Of a DNA stretch of 64,000 bases, positions 28,033-38,537 are shown one piece after another. The position numbers and the translations under genes were made by a program. The stretch is from Planctomycetota bacterium (GTDB lineage: Bacteria > Planctomycetota > SZUA-567 > H5-PLA8). Location of the stretch: assembly GCA_038227875.1 (NCBI GenBank), contig JBBRPR010000019.1, positions 32,001-96,000 of the forward strand, written 5' to 3'. Within the stretch, counting starts at the first letter, position 1. Each line of letters opens with the position of its first letter. Below the pieces are notes generated by a model. That model was not told where the DNA came from and made no database searches. It saw only the letters and a list, made by a program, of their open reading frames with translations.

Positions 28033-29457
28033 GTGTTCGAAAGTTTGACCAACTCGCTCGGCACCTTCTTCAACAAGGTCCGAGGCAAAGGCCGGAAACT
28101 CACCGAAGCCGATGTTAAAGAAGGCCTCCGCACCGTCCGCATGGCGCTGCTGGAAGCCGACGTCGCATTGCCGGTGGTCAAGGCGTTCATCGAAAAAGTC
28201 ACGGCCAAGGCCATCGGTTCCGATGTCCTGACGGCCGTCGAACCGTCGCAGCAGCTCGTCAAAGTCGTCCACGACGAACTCATCCAGTTGATGGGCCCCG
28301 TCGACGCGCGCGTGAATTACAAGACCGCCGAAGGCGCGACGACAATCATTCTCATGGCCGGTCTGCAGGGATCCGGAAAGACCACGACCTGCGGCAAGCT
28401 GGCGATGTACCTCAAGAGCAAGGGCAAGCGTCCGCTGCTGGTCGCCGCCGACTTGCAGCGCCCGGCCGCGATCGAACAGTTGAAAGTGCTCGGCGAGAGC
28501 CTTGAGACGCCGGTCTTCAACGAGCCAGGTCTCGCGCCGCCGGAACTGTGCGCCAAAGCCATCGCCTACGCCAAGGCCAATAACCGCGACGTCGTGATCC
28601 TTGACACCGCCGGCCGTCTGCAGATCGACGAGCCGCTGATGAACGAGCTGGCCGAAGTTCAGAAAGTCACGCAGCCGGACGAAGTGTTCCTCGTCGTCGA
28701 CAGCATGGTCGGCCAGGACGCGGTGAATTCGGCCAAGGTCTTCAACGAAAAGCTGCCGATCACCGGCGTGATCCTGACCAAGCTCGACGGCGATTCACGC
28801 GGCGGCGCGGCGCTCTCGGTCAAGCACATCACCGGCAAGCCGATCAAGTTCGTCGGCGTCGGCGAAAAGCTCGGCGCGCTCGAAGAATTCCACCCCGAAC
28901 GCATGGCCACGCGCATCCTCGGGATGGGTGACATCGTCAGCCTCGTCGAAAAGGCGCAGGCGGTCATCAACAAGGACGAAGCGGCGGCGTTCCAGGAGAA
29001 AATGGTCAAGGACACCTTGACCCTCGACGACTTCCTGACGCAGCTCCGCGCCGTCAAGAAGATGGGTTCGTTCAAGGACCTGCTGGGCATGATCCCCGGG
29101 TTCGCGCAGTTGAAGGAACTCGATGGCTCCGATGAACAGTTCGGCACGGTCGAAGCGGTGATCTGCTCGATGACGCAGGAAGAGCGGCGCAACCCGCAGA
29201 TCATCGGAGCCAGCCGCAAGAAGCGCATCGCGGCGGGATCCGGCACGACGGTCAACGACGTCGCGCATCTGCTCAAGGAATTCGAAAACGTCACCAAGCA
29301 TCTGTCCAGTTTCACGAAAGCCGCCAAGTTCGTCGACCGCATGGTCCCCGGCGCCGCCGGCCCGGGCGGGGTGAAGACGCTCAGCGCCGACGAACGGAAA
29401 GCGATCAAGAAACGCCGCAAGCAGGAGAAGGCGAACAAGAAAAAGAACAGAAGATAA
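28033..29457 (+). CDS. ffh: Signal recognition particle protein Ffh
   Basis: GLQGSGKTT, DTAGR, TKLDGD.RGGAALS, RILGMGD, SMT..ER.NP, RIAAGSG. Confidence 0.97.
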   Translation: MFESLTNSLGTFFNKVRGKGRKLTEADVKEGLRTVRMALLEADVALPVVKAFIEKVTAKAIGSDVLTAVEPSQQLVKVVHDELIQLMGPVDARVNYKTAEGATTIILMAGLQGSGKTTTCGKLAMYLKSKGKRPLLVAADLQRPAAIEQLKVLGESLETPVFNEPGLAPPELCAKAIAYAKANNRDVVILDTAGRLQIDEPLMNELAEVQKVTQPDEVFLVVDSMVGQDAVNSAKVFNEKLPITGVILTKLDGDSRGGAALSVKHITGKPIKFVGVGEKLGALEEFHPERMATRILGMGDIVSLVEKAQAVINKDEAAAFQEKMVKDTLTLDDFLTQLRAVKKMGSFKDLLGMIPGFAQLKELDGSDEQFGTVEAVICSMTQEERRNPQIIGASRKKRIAAGSGTTVNDVAHLLKEFENVTKHLSSFTKAAKFVDRMVPGAAGPGGVKTLSADERKAIKKRRKQEKANKKKNRR

Positions 29458-29528
29458 TTATGAACGATGATTGATGAATTATGAATCCGGGCCGTTCATT
29501 CATAGTTCATCAATCATCATTCATGATT
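29456..29528. repeat. AT-rich hairpin built from heptamer repeats
   Basis: AATTATGAACGATGATTGATGAATTATGAAT ... ATTCATAGTTCATCAATCATCATTCATGATT. Confidence 0.8.
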
Positions 29529-29659
29529 AGTAGTTTTCCGGACTCTCCCGTCCGAGCGTTGCACCGGAACTTACTCCGGGCGCTGAACTGGGAGTAAGAA
29601 AGACCTTCGGGTCTAGGCGGGCAAAGAGTGCCGGCCTGTTGTGAAAGGGGAAATGCCGA

Positions 29660-29971
29660 GTGGTAAAGATCCGTTTACAGAAATTGGGAAGACGCAACCG
29701 TGCGTACTTCCGCATCGTGGTGGCTGACGTGCGGGTGAAGCGCCAGGGCGCCTACCTCGAGAAGCTGGGCACGTACGATCCGATCGAACCGCTGCCGGAG
29801 AAGGCCGTCGTGGTCAATCTCGAGCGCGTGAAGCATTGGACCGCACTGGGCGCCCAGCCGTCGGAAGCCGTGATCAATCTGCTCCGCAAGCGCGGCCTGC
29901 AGTACAACAACAAGCCGACGCCGAAGCCCAAGAAGAAGAAGGAAAAGAAGCCCCTGCCGGCTAAGAAGTAA
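29660..29971 (+). CDS. rpsP: 30S ribosomal protein S16
   Basis: MVKIRLQKLG...YFRIVVAD.R..R.G..LEKLGTYDP...W...GAQPSE. Confidence 0.96.
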   Translation: MVKIRLQKLGRRNRAYFRIVVADVRVKRQGAYLEKLGTYDPIEPLPEKAVVVNLERVKHWTALGAQPSEAVINLLRKRGLQYNNKPTPKPKKKKEKKPLPAKK

Positions 29972-29998
29972 CGCCGCAGCGGGACTTCGCGAGCGTCC

Positions 29999-30694
29999 AT
30001 GCGCATCGACATCATTACGCTCTTTCCCGGGATGTTTACGGGAGTGCTCAACGAGTCGATGCTGAAGATCGCGCAGGAGAAGGGCCTCTTAAAGCCCGTC
30101 GTGACCAACCTGCGGGACTTCACGACCGACCGGCACAGAACCGTCGACGACCGGCCCTACGGGGGCGGACCGGGGATGGTGATGAAGCCGGAACCGGTGG
30201 CCGCGGCAGTCCGCGCGGTCCGCGATCAGGAACCTGCTGATCCGGGACGGCTGGTGATGATGTGTCCGCGAGGACGGGTCTTCAACCAGCAGCACGCACG
30301 CGAATTATCGTCCGCCTCCCGGCTGATCTTTGTCGCGGGGCATTACGAAGGGTACGACGAGCGCATCATCGATGTGCTCCAGCCGGAACTGCTGTCGATC
30401 GGCGATTATGTTCTTACCGGCGGTGAACTGCCGGCGCTGGTGGTGATCGACGCGGTGGTGCGGCTGCTGCCGGGTGTGCTTGGCGACTCTGAATCGGTGG
30501 TCAGCGAATCGTTCGCTCCTGCCAATGACGGATTGCTGGAGTATCCGCAGTACACGCGCCCGGCGGTGTTTGAAGGCCTGGCGGTGCCGGACGTGCTGGT
30601 CAGCGGCGATCATGCAAAGATCGCAGCCTGGCGGCGCGAACAGGCGCGCAAGATGACCGAAGAACACCGGCCGGACCTGCTGAATGAAACTTGA
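29999..30694 (+). CDS. trmD: tRNA (guanine37-N1)-methyltransferase
   Basis: VDDRPYGGGPGM, GHYEGYDER, SIGDYVLTGGE, LLEYPQYTRP, SGDHAKI. Confidence 0.97.
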   Translation: MRIDIITLFPGMFTGVLNESMLKIAQEKGLLKPVVTNLRDFTTDRHRTVDDRPYGGGPGMVMKPEPVAAAVRAVRDQEPADPGRLVMMCPRGRVFNQQHARELSSASRLIFVAGHYEGYDERIIDVLQPELLSIGDYVLTGGELPALVVIDAVVRLLPGVLGDSESVVSESFAPANDGLLEYPQYTRPAVFEGLAVPDVLVSGDHAKIAAWRREQARKMTEEHRPDLLNET

Positions 30695-30750
30695 ACTGGA
30701 AGCTTAAAAAAGCACTCGCAAGACCTGAAGAAAGAAAGGGACTGATAATC

Positions 30751-31197
30751 ATGGCCAAGAAAGACTACATGGAACTGGTGGCGCAGACGGGAATGAAGAA
30801 CGACCGCGTCCGCTCCTTCCGCATCGGCGACACTGTCGACGTCCACGTCAAGATCACCGAAGGCGAAAAGGAACGCATTCAGATCTTCACCGGCATCGTC
30901 ATCGCCCGCCGCGGCAGCAAGCTCAACGAATCGTTCACGGTGCGCCGCCTCGTCGGCACCGAAGGCGTGGAACGCGTCTTCCCGCTGCACAGCCCGATGA
31001 TCGACAAGGTCGACATCAAGAAGAGCGGCAAGGTGCGTCGCGCGAAGCTCTACTACCTGCGCGACCGCGTCGGTAAGGCCACGCGCCTGGCCGAGAACAT
31101 CGAAGGCGGCATCAAGCCCCGCGCCGCCGGTTCGGTTCCCGCCAAGCAGGAAAAGAAGAACAAGGAAAAAGAAGAGGCTGCGCCGGCCAAGGCGTAA
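30751..31197 (+). CDS. rplS: 50S ribosomal protein L19
   Basis: FRIGDTV.VH.KI.EG.KERIQ.F.G, GVERVFPLHSP, KVRRAKLYYLR. Confidence 0.97.
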   Translation: MAKKDYMELVAQTGMKNDRVRSFRIGDTVDVHVKITEGEKERIQIFTGIVIARRGSKLNESFTVRRLVGTEGVERVFPLHSPMIDKVDIKKSGKVRRAKLYYLRDRVGKATRLAENIEGGIKPRAAGSVPAKQEKKNKEKEEAAPAKA

Positions 31198-31210
31198 GCT
31201 GCTGCTCTGC

Positions 31211-31284
31211 TGCAGGCGGGACGTCTGCGCTACAATTGATCCGCTCTGTCGGATGAAAATTGTGGCGCAGGCGTCCCGCCTGCA
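31211..31284. repeat. Inverted REP doublet (same family as 13770-13847)
   Basis: TGCAGGCGGGACGTCTGCGCTACAATT ... AATTGTGGCGCAGGCGTCCCGCCTGCA. Confidence 0.8.
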
Positions 31285-31328
31285 GGTTTTATTTTATCCC
31301 AGTTCCATTCCCGCTCGGGAACCGACCG

Positions 31329-31835
31329 ATGCGCCTCCGTCACGTTCTACTCCTGGGATCCGGCGCTGGCGCGATGGGCGCATTATTGCTCGCCGCCGAC
31401 ATTCATCGCCGCGTGCAGGAAGCGCAGCGCGATTCGGTGCTCGGCACCGTGGCGACCGGCGCAGATTCCGTCATTCATTTCGGCGACGCCCACACCCTGG
31501 GGCTACTGGCACTGGCGTTCCTGTTCATCGCGATGTTCCTGATGGTGATCTCCGAACCGCTGCGCAAGAGCGCTCCGGAAACGCTGCCGGTTGCGGCTGC
31601 GATCCCTGCTTCAGTACCTGTACCCGTTTCAGTTGCCACGCTCGTTTCCAATTCGGTTCCTGAGCGACCTGCTGAAACGCCGAAGCCCGTTGAACGTGTT
31701 GCGCCTGCGATTGCTGAACCTGCCGCGGCCGCTCCCGCTGAATCTCCGGCCGCGCTGTCCGCTCCCGAAACTCCAGCAGCAGTGCCTCAAATCAGTGAAA
31801 CTAAAGAGACACCGGCCAAACCAGACGCCGTGTGA
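31329..31835 (+). CDS. Hypothetical membrane protein with Pro/Ala/Glu-rich tail
   Basis: Two hydrophobic segments followed by a low-complexity tail. Confidence 0.6.
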   Translation: MRLRHVLLLGSGAGAMGALLLAADIHRRVQEAQRDSVLGTVATGADSVIHFGDAHTLGLLALAFLFIAMFLMVISEPLRKSAPETLPVAAAIPASVPVPVSVATLVSNSVPERPAETPKPVERVAPAIAEPAAAAPAESPAALSAPETPAAVPQISETKETPAKPDAV

Positions 31836-32220
31836 AGACGGCATGACGATTGGTTGAAGAATCCCGGTCTGCATCACGATCGCGAGTGGTCAGTCGCGGT
31901 AGATTATCAGTAAGTCGTTTTTGCCGCTGCACTTGTGCGGTCGAACTTTACTGATATTAGTATTTCTAATAGTGAGTATATTGTTAAATTTAGCGTGAAT
32001 TATAACCATTTTCGTATACAAGCTTAATCTTCGTAGGTTATCTACGCAGTGGGCTTACACGAAGCAACCTTTTGCATCGTGGCTCCACCGAAAAAATGGG
32101 TTTGTTTGATTTTAGCCTACCCTCCACAGGTGGACGGGTCTTTGCGCTAAACAAGTAGGCAGGAACGGCTCGAAACGGGCAGGAAAAGTCGGAAAGCCGG
32201 AAGAAAAGAAGGGGAAGAGC

Positions 32221-35200
32221 ATGGATCAGCACATTGGTTTGCCACCCGCGCAGGGATTGTACGACCCGGAGAACGAACGCGACGCCTGCGGCGTCGGCTT
32301 CGTCGCGCATTTGAAGGGCAAACGATCACACCAGATCGTGGCCGACGCACTCCAAGTCCTTGTAAATCTCTTGCATCGCGGAGCTTGCGGCTGCGAAGTC
32401 AACACGGGTGACGGCGCCGGCATCTTGATCCAAGTGCCCCATACATTCTTTAAGCGCGAAGCCTCGAAGTTGGGTTTTGCGCTTCCTGAACCCGGTCACT
32501 ACGGCGTCGGAATGGTCTTTCTTCCGAAGGATGCTGCACAACGTGACCAGATGGTGAAATTATTCGAAAAGGCAGTCGTCAACGCCGGGCAAAAGGTGCT
32601 CGGCTGGCGCGACGTCCCCACCGATAACCGGAAACTTGGCCAAAGCGCCATCGACGCCGAGCCCGTCATCCGCCAGGTGTTCATCGGCCGCGGCACGAAA
32701 GCGGAGACCGAAGACGCGTTTGAACGCCGTCTGTTCTTGATCCGCAAGGACGCCGGCCACGCTGCCAGCGAGTCCAACCTGAGCCAGAAGGGATTCTTCT
32801 ACCTGCCCAGCTTGTCGTGCCGCACGATCATCTACAAAGGCATGCTGATCGCCGACCAGATGGAAAGCTACTTTCCCGATCTGCTCGACCCGGAGATGGA
32901 TTCGGCGCTGGCGCTGGTCCATCAGCGCTTCAGCACCAACACGTTCCCGAGCTGGAGTCTGGCGCATCCGTTCCGCTACCTCGCGCACAACGGCGAAATC
33001 AATACGCTCCGCGGCAACATCAACTGGATGCGCGCACGCGAAGCGCTCTTTGCCTGCGAGGAGTTCTTCACGCCCGAAGAAATGAAGCGCATCGTTCCCG
33101 TGGTCAACGAACGCGGTTCGGATTCCGCGATTCTGGACCAGGCGCTGGAGATGCTCGTGATGTGCGGCCGTTCACTGCCGCACGCGATGATGATGCTCAT
33201 CCCGGAAGCGTGGAGCGGGCATGAGAGCATGAGCCAGGAGAAGAAGGACTTCTACGAATTCCACTCCTGCATGATGGAGCCTTGGGACGGACCGGCTTCC
33301 GTGGCGTTCACCGACGGACAGGTGATCGGCGCGGTGCTCGACCGCAACGGGCTGCGCCCGTCGCGCTACTACGTCACCACTGACGACCGCGTGGTGATGG
33401 CCTCCGAAGTCGGGGTGCTCCCGGATATCCTGCCGGAAAACGTGGTTCAGAAAGGCCGTCTGCAGCCGGGCAAGATGTTCCTCATCGACCTCCGCCTGGG
33501 CCGCATCGTCGATGACTCGGAGATCAAGGGCTGCATCGCCACCGCCCTGCCCTATGGCAAATGGCTGAAGGAAAGCCTCGTCGACCTTAAAGATCTGCCG
33601 GAAGCGCCGCACGTTCCGGAACCGGATCATCACACCGTCTTCCAGCGCCAGCAGGCGTTCGGCTACACGCTCGAAGACCTGAAAATCATCCTGCCGCCGC
33701 TTTCGACAAACGGCGAAGAAGCGATTGGCTCGATGGGCACGGACACGCCGCTGGCCGTGCTCTCCGACAAGCCGCAGCCGCTGTACGCCTACTTCAAGCA
33801 GCTCTTCGCGCAGGTGACCAACCCGCCGCTCGACGCCATCCGCGAAGAACTCGTCACATCCGTCGCGACGTCGATCGGACCGGAAGGTAACATTCTCAAG
33901 CCGGGACCGGATTGTTGCCGCCAGGTGAAGGTGCAGTCACCGATTCTCGACAACGATGAACTGGCGAAGTTCAAGCACCTCTCGATCCACGGCTACAAGA
34001 CCAAGACGCTCTCGATGACCTTCGAGGTGAAAGATGGCGGCGAAGGGCTGCGCAAGGCCGTCGACGATCTGTGCGAAAAATCCGTGCAGGCGATCAAGGA
34101 CGGCTACAAGATCATCATCCTCTCCGACCGCGGCGTCGACGCCGACCACGCGGCCGTGCCTGCGCTACTGGCGACGGCCGGCGTGCATCACCATCTCGTC
34201 CGCAACGGCATGCGCACGCAGGTCGGGCTGATCGTCGAATCCGGCGAACCGCGCGAAGTCCATCATTTCGCGCTGCTGCTGGGCTACGGCGCCGGCGCAG
34301 TCAACCCGTACCTCGTCTTCGAAACACTCGACGACATGGCGCGTGAAGGCATGCTCAACAACGCCCCGGATCACAAGACGCTGGTCAAGAATTTCATCAA
34401 GGGCATCAAGAAGGGCTGCGTGAAAGTGATGTCCAAGATGGGCATCAGCACGATCCAGAGCTACCGCGGCGCGCAGATTTTCGAAGCCGTGGGCTTGAAC
34501 AAGGAATTCGTCGAACGCTACTTCACCGGCACGGCTACGCGAATCGAAGGCATCAGCTTCGACGTGATCGCCAAAGAAACGCTGTCGCGCCACGAACGCG
34601 CCTACCCCAACCGCGACGTGCCGGTCGAATCGCTCGACGTCGGCGGCCAGTACCAATGGCGCCGCGAAGGCGAGTACCATCTCTTTAATCCCGAGACGGT
34701 TCACAAACTGCAGTACGCAGTCCGCGCCGGAAATTACAAGACGTTCAAGGAGTACTCGAAGTCAATCGACGATACGTCCAAGCGCCTGTGTACGCTGCGC
34801 GGTCTGTTCGACTTCAAGTTGGAAGGCCGCACGCCGGTGCCGATCACGGAAGTGGAACCGGCGTCGGAGATCGTCAAACGCTTCGCGACGGGCGCCATGA
34901 GCTACGGCTCGATCAGTAAGGAAGCGCACGAAAATCTCGCCATCGCCATGAACCGCATCGGCGGAAAGAGCAATACCGGCGAAGGCGGCGAAGATTACGA
35001 CCGCTTCGTGCGCGACCCCAACGGCGACTGGCGCAACAGTGCAATCAAGCAGGTGGCGTCGGCGCGCTTCGGCGTGACCAGCGCGTACATGGTTTCAGCC
35101 AACGAACTGCAGATTAAGATGGCGCAGGGTGCCAAACCCGGCGAGGGCGGCCAGTTGCCCGCTCATAAGGTGTATCCGTGGATCGCCAAAACGCGCCACG

Positions 35201-36777
35201 CGACACCGTACGTCGGGCTGATTTCCCCCCCGCCCCATCACGATATTTATTCAATCGAGGATTTGGCGCAGCTGATCCACGATCTGAAGAACTCCAATCC
35301 GCGCGCACGCATCAGCGTGAAGCTTGTCGCCGAAGTCGGCGTCGGCACCGTCGCCGCCGGCGTGGCGAAGGCGCATTCCGACGTCGTGCTGATCTCCGGC
35401 CACGACGGCGGCACCGGCGCGTCGCCGCTGACCTCGATCAAGCACGCGGGAGCTCCGTGGGAACTGGGCCTGGCCGAAACGCAGCAGACGCTGGTGCTCA
35501 ACGACCTGCGCAGCCGCATCGTCGTTCAGGCCGACGGACAGTTGAAGACCGGCCGCGACGTCGCCGTTGCCGCGCTGCTGGGCGCGGAAGAATTCGGCTT
35601 CGCCACGGCGCCGCTGGTGGCGTCGGGTTGCATCATGATGCGCGTCTGCCATCTCGACACCTGCCCGGTCGGCGTCGCGACGCAGAATCCCGAACTGCGC
35701 AAGAAGTTTGCCGGCAAGCCTGAACACGTCGTCAACTTCATGATGTTCATCGCTGAAGAACTGCGCGAGATCATGGCGCAGTTGGGCTTCCGCACCGTCA
35801 CGGAAATGGTCGGCCACGTCGAACTGCTCGACACGCGCAAGGCGATTGCGCATTACAAGGCCAAGGGCCTGGACTTCTCGAAGATCTTCCACAAGCCCAT
35901 CCCGAAGAACGGCTCGCCGCTGCATCAAGTCATCGCGCAGGACCACGGCATCGACAAGGCGCTGGACAACAGTCTCATCCAGCGCTGCGCCCCCGCGCTG
36001 GAAAGCGGCAAGCCCGTCACGCTCGACGTGCCGATCCGCAACGTCAACCGCACCGTTGGCACCATGCTGGGCAGCGAACTGACACGCCGCCACGGCTACG
36101 ACGGCCTGCCCGACGACACGATCACGCTGAACTTCACCGGCTCTGCCGGTCAGAGCTTCGGCGCGTTTGTGCCCAAGGGCATGACGATGAATCTGGAAGG
36201 CGACGCCAACGATTACGTCGGCAAGGGACTCTCCGGCGGCCGCATCACGGTGAAGCCCTCGCGCAAGGCGTCGTTCCCGGCGCAGGACAACATCATCGCC
36301 GGCAACGTCATCGGCTACGGTGCGACCAGCGGTGAAATCTACCTGCGCGGCAAGGTCGGCGAACGCTTCTGTGTCCGCAATTCCGGCGTACAAGCGGTGG
36401 TGGAAGGCGTCGGCGATCACGGTTGCGAATACATGACCGGCGGCCGCGTGGTGGTGCTGGGCAAGACCGGCCGCAACTTCGCCGCGGGCATGAGCGGCGG
36501 CATCGCGTACATTTACGACGAAGACGGAAGTTTAAGCAAACGCTGCAACACCGGCATGGTGGAAGTGGAAGCGCTGGAATCCGAAGACCTGGAGACGATC
36601 AAGGACCTCGTCGAGAAACATCAGCGATATACGGGCAGCTCGCTGGCCCGGGACATCCTGGCGAACTGGAAGAAGAGTTCGGCGAAGTTCGTGCGCGTGA
36701 TGCCGATCGAGTTCAAGCGCGTGCAGAAGGAACTGCGCGAGAAGATGGCCAGCGCGACGGTGGCGGCGGGGGAGTAA
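32221..36777 (+). CDS. gltB: Glutamate synthase large subunit
   Basis: DACGVGF (N-terminal nucleophile Cys), [48 protein letters not shown] repeats. Confidence 0.98.
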   Translation: MDQHIGLPPAQGLYDPENERDACGVGFVAHLKGKRSHQIVADALQVLVNLLHRGACGCEVNTGDGAGILIQVPHTFFKREASKLGFALPEPGHYGVGMVFLPKDAAQRDQMVKLFEKAVVNAGQKVLGWRDVPTDNRKLGQSAIDAEPVIRQVFIGRGTKAETEDAFERRLFLIRKDAGHAASESNLSQKGFFYLPSLSCRTIIYKGMLIADQMESYFPDLLDPEMDSALALVHQRFSTNTFPSWSLAHPFRYLAHNGEINTLRGNINWMRAREALFACEEFFTPEEMKRIVPVVNERGSDSAILDQALEMLVMCGRSLPHAMMMLIPEAWSGHESMSQEKKDFYEFHSCMMEPWDGPASVAFTDGQVIGAVLDRNGLRPSRYYVTTDDRVVMASEVGVLPDILPENVVQKGRLQPGKMFLIDLRLGRIVDDSEIKGCIATALPYGKWLKESLVDLKDLPEAPHVPEPDHHTVFQRQQAFGYTLEDLKIILPPLSTNGEEAIGSMGTDTPLAVLSDKPQPLYAYFKQLFAQVTNPPLDAIREELVTSVATSIGPEGNILKPGPDCCRQVKVQSPILDNDELAKFKHLSIHGYKTKTLSMTFEVKDGGEGLRKAVDDLCEKSVQAIKDGYKIIILSDRGVDADHAAVPALLATAGVHHHLVRNGMRTQVGLIVESGEPREVHHFALLLGYGAGAVNPYLVFETLDDMAREGMLNNAPDHKTLVKNFIKGIKKGCVKVMSKMGISTIQSYRGAQIFEAVGLNKEFVERYFTGTATRIEGISFDVIAKETLSRHERAYPNRDVPVESLDVGGQYQWRREGEYHLFNPETVHKLQYAVRAGNYKTFKEYSKSIDDTSKRLCTLRGLFDFKLEGRTPVPITEVEPASEIVKRFATGAMSYGSISKEAHENLAIAMNRIGGKSNTGEGGEDYDRFVRDPNGDWRNSAIKQVASARFGVTSAYMVSANELQIKMAQGAKPGEGGQLPAHKVYPWIAKTRHATPYVGLISPPPHHDIYSIEDLAQLIHDLKNSNPRARISVKLVAEVGVGTVAAGVAKAHSDVVLISGHDGGTGASPLTSIKHAGAPWELGLAETQQTLVLNDLRSRIVVQADGQLKTGRDVAVAALLGAEEFGFATAPLVASGCIMMRVCHLDTCPVGVATQNPELRKKFAGKPEHVVNFMMFIAEELREIMAQLGFRTVTEMVGHVELLDTRKAIAHYKAKGLDFSKIFHKPIPKNGSPLHQVIAQDHGIDKALDNSLIQRCAPALESGKPVTLDVPIRNVNRTVGTMLGSELTRRHGYDGLPDDTITLNFTGSAGQSFGAFVPKGMTMNLEGDANDYVGKGLSGGRITVKPSRKASFPAQDNIIAGNVIGYGATSGEIYLRGKVGERFCVRNSGVQAVVEGVGDHGCEYMTGGRVVVLGKTGRNFAAGMSGGIAYIYDEDGSLSKRCNTGMVEVEALESEDLETIKDLVEKHQRYTGSSLARDILANWKKSSAKFVRVMPIEFKRVQKELREKMASATVAAGE

Positions 36778-36840
36778 GCTCCTGGCGCCCGGCTTTCGGG
36801 CGACGATTTTGGAAAAGTGTGCAAGGGGATAGGTGCAAAG

Positions 36841-38283
36841 ATGGGCAAGCCGACAGGATTCATGGAAGCGACCCGCGAATTGCCGAAACGGCGGCCGGTC
36901 GAAGAGCGCATCAAGGATTGGAAGGAAGTCTACCTCCCCTTCCCCGATGAGAGCTTGAAAAAGCAGGCCGCGCGCTGCATGGACTGCGGCGTGCCGTTCT
37001 GCCACATCGGCTGCCCGCTGGGGAACATCATCCCTGACTGGAACGACCTGGTCTATCGCAACCGCTGGCGCGAAGCGATCGATCGCCTCCACCTCACCAA
37101 TAACTTTCCGGAATTCACCGGTCGCATCTGTCCCGCGCCTTGCGAAGCCGCGTGTGTGCTGGGCATCAACGAACCGGCCGTGACGATCAAGCAGATGGAA
37201 GTCTCCATCGTCGATCGCGCCTGGGCCGAAGGCTGGATCGTTCCGCAGATTCCCCATCACAAGACCGGCAAGAAGGTCGCCGTGATCGGCTCGGGTCCTG
37301 CCGGCATGGCTTGCTCGCAGCAGTTGGCGCGCGTCGGCCACGACGTCACGCTTTTCGAACGCGCCGACCGCATCGGCGGGTTGCTGCGCTACGGTATTCC
37401 TGAATTCAAAATGGAAAAGCGCCAGATCGACCGCCGCATGAAGCAGATGGAAGCCGAAGGCGTGAAGTTCGTCGTCAACGCGCACATCGGCGTTACGCAC
37501 CCGATTGAGGAACTGCGCAAGAACTTCGACGCCATCGCCCTCTGCGGCGGCGCGACCCAGGCACGCGATCTGACCGTGCCCGGCCGCGAACTGAAAGGCA
37601 CGTACTTCGCCATGGAGTACCTGCCGCAGGCCAACAAGATCCAGCACGGCGACAAAGTCCCCGACCAGATCCTGGCGACGGGCAAACACGTCGTGATCCT
37701 GGGCGGCGGCGACACCGGAGCCGACTGCCTCGGCACCGCCACGCGCCAGGGCGCCAAGTCGATCAAGCAGTACGAACTGCTGCCGATGCCGCCGAAGGAA
37801 CGCGGCGTCAACAACCCCTGGCCGCAGTGGCCGAACATCTGGCGCTCGTCGCAGGCGCACGAAGAAATGGAATGCCGCGACTACAGTATCCAGACCACCA
37901 AGCTCACCGGCGAAAACGGTGTTGTGAAGCAGCTCCACGCCGTGCGCCTGAACTGGGTGCCGAATCCCGCGGGCGGACCACCGAAGCCCGAACCGGTTCC
38001 CGGCAGCGAATTCTCGCTCGACGCCGATCTGGTCTTGCTGGCGATGGGCTTCGTCGGACCGGAGAAGAACACGATGCTCGCGCAGCTGGGCGTCAAGCTC
38101 ACCGAACGCGGCAACGTCTTCGCTGACGACAATAAGATGACCTCGATCTCCGGCATCTTCACCGCCGGCGACATGACCCGCGGACAGTCGCTGGTCGTCT
38201 GGGCCATCGCCGAAGGCCGCAACGCCGCGCATGGCATCGATAAATATCTGATGGGCGCGACGACGCTGGCGAAGTCGTTCTAA
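36841..38283 (+). CDS. gltD: Glutamate synthase small subunit
   Basis: MGKPTGF, CMDCGVPFC...CP, GSGPAG, GGGDTGADC, GQSLVVWAI.EGR. Confidence 0.97.
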   Translation: MGKPTGFMEATRELPKRRPVEERIKDWKEVYLPFPDESLKKQAARCMDCGVPFCHIGCPLGNIIPDWNDLVYRNRWREAIDRLHLTNNFPEFTGRICPAPCEAACVLGINEPAVTIKQMEVSIVDRAWAEGWIVPQIPHHKTGKKVAVIGSGPAGMACSQQLARVGHDVTLFERADRIGGLLRYGIPEFKMEKRQIDRRMKQMEAEGVKFVVNAHIGVTHPIEELRKNFDAIALCGGATQARDLTVPGRELKGTYFAMEYLPQANKIQHGDKVPDQILATGKHVVILGGGDTGADCLGTATRQGAKSIKQYELLPMPPKERGVNNPWPQWPNIWRSSQAHEEMECRDYSIQTTKLTGENGVVKQLHAVRLNWVPNPAGGPPKPEPVPGSEFSLDADLVLLAMGFVGPEKNTMLAQLGVKLTERGNVFADDNKMTSISGIFTAGDMTRGQSLVVWAIAEGRNAAHGIDKYLMGATTLAKSF

Positions 38284-38307
38284 GCTGACGAGGCTGTTTG
38301 AATTGAG

Positions 38308-38338
38308 ACGGCCCGGACGATGTCCGGGCCGTTTTTTT
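38308..38338 (+). terminator. Rho-independent terminator after gltD
   Basis: ACGGCCCGGAC-GAT-GTCCGGGCCGT followed by a T run. Confidence 0.85.
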
Positions 38339-38452
38339 GTAGTCCGTGCGTCCCCGCCCGGTCATCCTGAAATGGCCGTAACCTTCTTGCGACATTCCGT
38401 CTCTTCTATGATAGGCCCGTCCGTCGCAGACCGGGCGGGACGCCCGGACTAC
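38339..38452. repeat. REPIN-like doublet with GTAG feet
   Basis: GTAGTCCGTGCGTCCCCGCCCGGTC ... AGACCGGGCGGGACGCCCGGACTAC. Confidence 0.7.
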
Positions 38453-38537
38453 GAAAGAGCGCTGGAATGAATGGCGCTGCTTGTTACATCAGGCAGGCGT
38501 TCCCTCATTTGCATTTCGACTTTTCGAGGCAGCCGAC

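Noticed and set aside
29530..29650. SRP RNA (ffs) next to ffh
   Set aside because: The conserved CAGG...GGAA...AGCAG domain IV motif is absent.
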